Virus record (IMG/VR): IMGVR_UViG_3300020183_000341
Location: 1 to 29,636 of that record
Source of the DNA: a virus
Taxonomy: Duplodnaviria; Caudoviricetes
DNA: 29,636 bases
Strand: one strand, 5' to 3'
The notes below the pieces were generated by a model. That model had not been told where the DNA came from. It saw nothing but the letters and a program-made list of their open reading frames with translations, and did not search any database. The stretch's first letter is position 1; each line of letters opens with the position of its first letter. Position numbers and translations under genes: made by a program. Positions 26,370 through 29,636 of this stretch are shown in pieces.

Positions 26370-26645
26370 ATGAGTGAACCAATAAAATTTTCTGAAGAAG
26401 AAATAAAATCAATAGTTGAACTACAAGATGAGTATCAACAAAAAATCTTTGAACTCGGTCAAATTAGACTTGAATTGATTGATATTGACCGTCAAAAAAA
26501 ATCTCTTGAAGAAAAAGAAAAAGAAATAATAAACGAATGGGAAAAGTGTCTCAAAAAAGAAAACGATCTGGTAAACGCTTTAAGCGTAAAATATGGCGAC
26601 GGTAAATTAAATCTAAAAGACGGTACATTTACGCCTATTAAATAA
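26370..26645 (+). CDS. Small coiled-coil protein, 91 aa
   Basis: Glu/Lys-rich heptad pattern ending KYGDGKLNLKDGTFTP; first of two plus-strand genes. Confidence 0.8.
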   Translation: MSEPIKFSEEEIKSIVELQDEYQQKIFELGQIRLELIDIDRQKKSLEEKEKEIINEWEKCLKKENDLVNALSVKYGDGKLNLKDGTFTPIK

Positions 26646-26653
26646 ATTTATTT

Positions 26654-27961
26654 ATGTTCACGTTCGATGTTAATAAATTTAAAATTAACACAAATAAACC
26701 AATCGTCGAACCACTGTCGGTTAATACACCTATAAGTGATTTTAAGAAAAATAACAAAATTACTATATGTTTTATCGGAAAACATGTACATTCTCTCATT
26801 GATAAAACAGTTACAGATAACGTTGTCGCTAACGATTTTGACATAATAAATCTAAAAAACGATACAACTATATATGACATAATAAAAAGTCATAATCCTC
26901 ATGTTTTTGTTACTTTCGGTTCTTGGACCGAATACAAAACACTGTGTAACGTTCCTTACGACTTACGAAAACGGTGGATCAACATCAAAGATAACATTGA
27001 CGATAAAAAACTAATAGAAGAAATTCTCAATTGTTACACAACAAATATACTGGATGTTAAAAGTGATTATCCACTTATTTCAGTGTTTACATGTGCATAT
27101 AATACCAAGGAAAAAATAACAAGACCGTTCGCTTCATTACAAAATCAAACATATAAAAATTGGGAATGGATTATAGTAGACGATTCAGATGACAACACAA
27201 CATACGAACTGTTAAATGCAATATCAAAATTAGATCATCGGGTCAAAGTATTTAAACCAAATCAACACAATGGTTCAATCGGTCAATTGAAAAAATGGGC
27301 AGCAGGTTTATCTAACGGCGAAATATTGGTTGAATTAGACCACGATGATGAATTGACGAATAAAGCGCTGGATTATATTAATAAATCATTCAAAAAATAC
27401 GAAGATGTAGGCTTCGTGTACTCCAATTTCAGCGAAATATACGAAGAAGATAATAAACCTGTAATTTATCAACAAAATTGGGGATTAGGATATGGATCTA
27501 TTTATAAAGAAAATTATAAAAATATAGATTATCAAGTTTGTGTGTCTCCAAAACTCAATTGCGTCACAATTCGACATATTGCATGCACACCAAATCACGT
27601 AAGAGCTTGGAGAAAAAAAATTTATGATATGGTAGGCGGTCACAATCCAAACATGTTTATATGTGACGATTATGAACTATTATTAAAAACATTTATGGTA
27701 ACAAAAATTGCGCATTTAAATAGATTTTGTTATATTCAATACAGATGTGCTGATAGATTGAATATAGGAATGACGCGACAAAAAGAAACACACCGTCAAT
27801 TTGATATGTTATTGTCTGCTTATGATAATGAAATTAATCGCCGTTTAATAGAACTAAACATAAAAGATTTGGCATTTAATACTGGTTTAAAAAAAGATAA
27901 TCTTCAAACTATATGTAAAAATCAAATAAAAGATTGTAGTATCGAAATTAATGACTTATAA
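26654..27961 (+). CDS. Family 2 (GT-A) glycosyltransferase with N-terminal extension, 435 aa
   Basis: ISVFTCAYN, SLQNQTYKNWEWIIVDDSDD, ELDHDD (DxD), DDYEL. Confidence 0.9.
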   Translation: MFTFDVNKFKINTNKPIVEPLSVNTPISDFKKNNKITICFIGKHVHSLIDKTVTDNVVANDFDIINLKNDTTIYDIIKSHNPHVFVTFGSWTEYKTLCNVPYDLRKRWINIKDNIDDKKLIEEILNCYTTNILDVKSDYPLISVFTCAYNTKEKITRPFASLQNQTYKNWEWIIVDDSDDNTTYELLNAISKLDHRVKVFKPNQHNGSIGQLKKWAAGLSNGEILVELDHDDELTNKALDYINKSFKKYEDVGFVYSNFSEIYEEDNKPVIYQQNWGLGYGSIYKENYKNIDYQVCVSPKLNCVTIRHIACTPNHVRAWRKKIYDMVGGHNPNMFICDDYELLLKTFMVTKIAHLNRFCYIQYRCADRLNIGMTRQKETHRQFDMLLSAYDNEINRRLIELNIKDLAFNTGLKKDNLQTICKNQIKDCSIEINDL

Positions 27962-29636
27962 TCTGTTTTTTAGTTCAGTAACTTCATTTTCTAAATTTTT
28001 AACCTTTTCTTGTAATTCTTCAATGTGAGCTATAGCCTTGCTCATAGCCGACCAAACAGTTGGTACAAATGGCCAATGTTCAATCCATTGATAAATCGGT
28101 TCACCCTTTTCATCAACTTGATCTTTTTTACCCTGTACAGCACCTGTTAATCCACTTTCTTGTACTTCGTGAGCTATAAACCCTTCAATAATTTTTTTTG
28201 TAGGATCGTTTTTCCAAGTAAATTTCTTAGCATTAACACGTTTAACAATGCCCCATCCATCATCATAGTTTATGATATTGGCTTTCAATCTATAATCGGA
28301 AGGTGATCCTTGAGCACCTTGTGCGCCTCTTGGACCTTGTGGACCTTGAGCGCCTTGTGCGCCTCTCGGACCTTGTGGACCTGTACCGCCTGGACCACCT
28401 GAACCACCTTGAATGCCTTGAATGCCTTGTGGACCTTGTGGACCTGTACCGCCTGGACCACCTGAACCACCTTGAATGCCTTGAATGCCTTGTGGACCTT
28501 GTGGACCTGTACCGCCTGGACCACCTGAACCACCTTGAATGCCTTGTGGACCTTGTGGACCTGTACCGCCTGGACCACCTGAACCACCTTGAATGCCTTG
28601 TGGACCTTGTGGACCTGTACCACCTGAACCACCTTGAATGCCTTGAATGCCTTGTGGACCTTGTGGACCTGTACCACCTGAACCACCTTGAATGCCTTGA
28701 ACGCCTTGTGGACCTTGTGGACCTGTACCACCTGAACCACCTTGCACACCTTGGATGCCTTGGAAACCTTGTGGTCCTTGTTCACCCATAGGACCAAATA
28801 CCATGTTATTAACACCAACGGTCGAACTTACAGTATAAAAACTGGTATCTGCAAATAATGCACTACCAATTGCTCTCGCAACAGTTCTTTGCACAACGCC
28901 ATCTTTCCAATATCTAATATTTACGCCGTCATATGTTATTTGAAGAAGAGTTGTTGATGTATATGTACCATAACTAGCTACAAAACCGCCACTTTCATAA
29001 ATTTGTAGAGCACCGCTTGATACACAATACCAAGCATAATCGAGACTAGCATAACTTGCATCAGCAGTAGGATCGGTATTTAAACCTATCATTCTATATG
29101 CACCTGTACCTCCGTAAGGATTAAAACTTACATAACAACCTCTTGTATATCCTTGTGCTGAATACACCTGACCGTCCCAGCTATTAACATTACCCGATGC
29201 TTTTGTAAAAGTATTACTATCAGTACCCGCAACATATGCTACACCACCACTGAAAACAGGAGTCCAACATACAGTTCCTTGAACACCTTGTGAACCTTGT
29301 ACACCTTGTATACCTTGAGCACCTTGAGCACCTTGTATACCTTGAGCACCTTGAGCACCTTGTACACCTTGTATACCTTGAGCACCTTGAGCGCCTTGTG
29401 CGCCTCTCGGACCTTGTGCGCCTTGTATACCTTGGACGCCTTGTGGGCCTTGGACGCCTTGTATACCTTGAGCACCTTGAGCACCTTGTACACCTTGTAT
29501 ACCTTGAGCACCTTGAGCGCCTTGTGCGCCTCTCGGACCTTGTGCGCCTTGTGGACCTTGGACGCCTTGTGGGCCTTGGACGCCTTGTATACCTTGAGCA
29601 CCTTGAGCACCTTGTACACCTTGTATACCTTGAGCA
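27956..29636 (-). CDS. Collagen-repeat tail fibre with internal beta-sandwich domain and C-terminal Peptidase_S74 intramolecular chaperone (5' partial)
   Basis: The frame of ORF 27956..29167 stays open to the window end (G-X-Q triplets); SDYRLK, GFIAHEV and terminal coiled coil mark the S74 chaperone. Confidence 0.88.
   Translation of the reverse strand, partial: AQGIQGVQGAQGAQGIQGVQGPQGVQGPQGAQGPRGAQGAQGAQGIQGVQGAQGAQGIQGVQGPQGVQGIQGAQGPRGAQGAQGAQGIQGVQGAQGAQGIQGAQGAQGIQGVQGSQGVQGTVCWTPVFSGGVAYVAGTDSNTFTKASGNVNSWDGQVYSAQGYTRGCYVSFNPYGGTGAYRMIGLNTDPTADASYASLDYAWYCVSSGALQIYESGGFVASYGTYTSTTLLQITYDGVNIRYWKDGVVQRTVARAIGSALFADTSFYTVSSTVGVNNMVFGPMGEQGPQGFQGIQGVQGGSGGTGPQGPQGVQGIQGGSGGTGPQGPQGIQGIQGGSGGTGPQGPQGIQGGSGGPGGTGPQGPQGIQGGSGGPGGTGPQGPQGIQGIQGGSGGPGGTGPQGPQGIQGIQGGSGGPGGTGPQGPRGAQGAQGPQGPRGAQGAQGSPSDYRLKANIINYDDGWGIVKRVNAKKFTWKNDPTKKIIEGFIAHEVQESGLTGAVQGKKDQVDEKGEPIYQWIEHWPFVPTVWSAMSKAIAHIEELQEKVKNLENEVTELKNRL
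28308..28785 (-). repeat. Collagen-coding tandem repeats, 45-63 bp units built from 9-bp modules (GIQ, GGS, GGP, GGT, GPQ)
   Basis: Near-identical GGSGG(PGG)TGPQGPQGIQ(GIQ) units visible in DNA and protein. Confidence 0.9.
29278..29636 (-). repeat. Collagen-coding tandem repeats with 126-bp higher-order period
   Basis: cgcctctcggacc recurs at 29401 and 29527; 9-bp ccttgNNNN modules. Confidence 0.88.

Noticed and set aside
28285-29636. Tandem repeats as a CRISPR array, and alternative-frame ORFs 28285..28818, 28303..28791, 29239..29619
   Set aside because: No unique spacers; 9-bp periodicity encodes Gly-X-Y. The other frames are open only because of the repeats.
1-29636. tRNA, rRNA, transposase, integrase or reverse transcriptase/DGR elements
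   Set aside because: None recognisable; intergenic gaps are short and show no cloverleaf or template/variable repeat pairs.

Overview
AT-rich (roughly 30% GC by eye) fragment of a large T4-superfamily-like tailed phage (probably a myovirus), standard genetic code, almost all genes on the minus strand. In transcription order (right to left): collagen-repeat tail fibre with a Peptidase_S74 chaperone (partial), an inverted 2-gene cassette (coiled-coil protein and GT2 glycosyltransferase), HAD phosphatase-nucleotidyltransferase fusion, tail tube, HxGH cytidylyltransferase-like protein, gp26/gp51-like tail assembly chaperone pair, tape measure, baseplate genes, a short divergent PolA, a large nuclease-motif protein, gp32-like SSB, UvsX/RecA, a decayed ParB-like gene, 5'-3' exonuclease, DnaB helicase, class Ia NrdA/NrdB. 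Most notable: (1) the 5'-3' exonuclease is broken inside its first catalytic motif (VDGL|NT) by exactly 5 nt (TAGTG), directly behind a long GC-rich mRNA hairpin, a candidate translational bypass or a stop/start-coupled split enzyme; (2) a +1/-2 (not -1) frameshift candidate at a U7 run joins the tail chaperone ORFs; (3) ATATTTAT(A/T) sits exactly 4 nt before seven start codons, suggesting a phage late promoter producing leaderless mRNAs. All protein calls come from motif recognition and gene context only; no database search was run.
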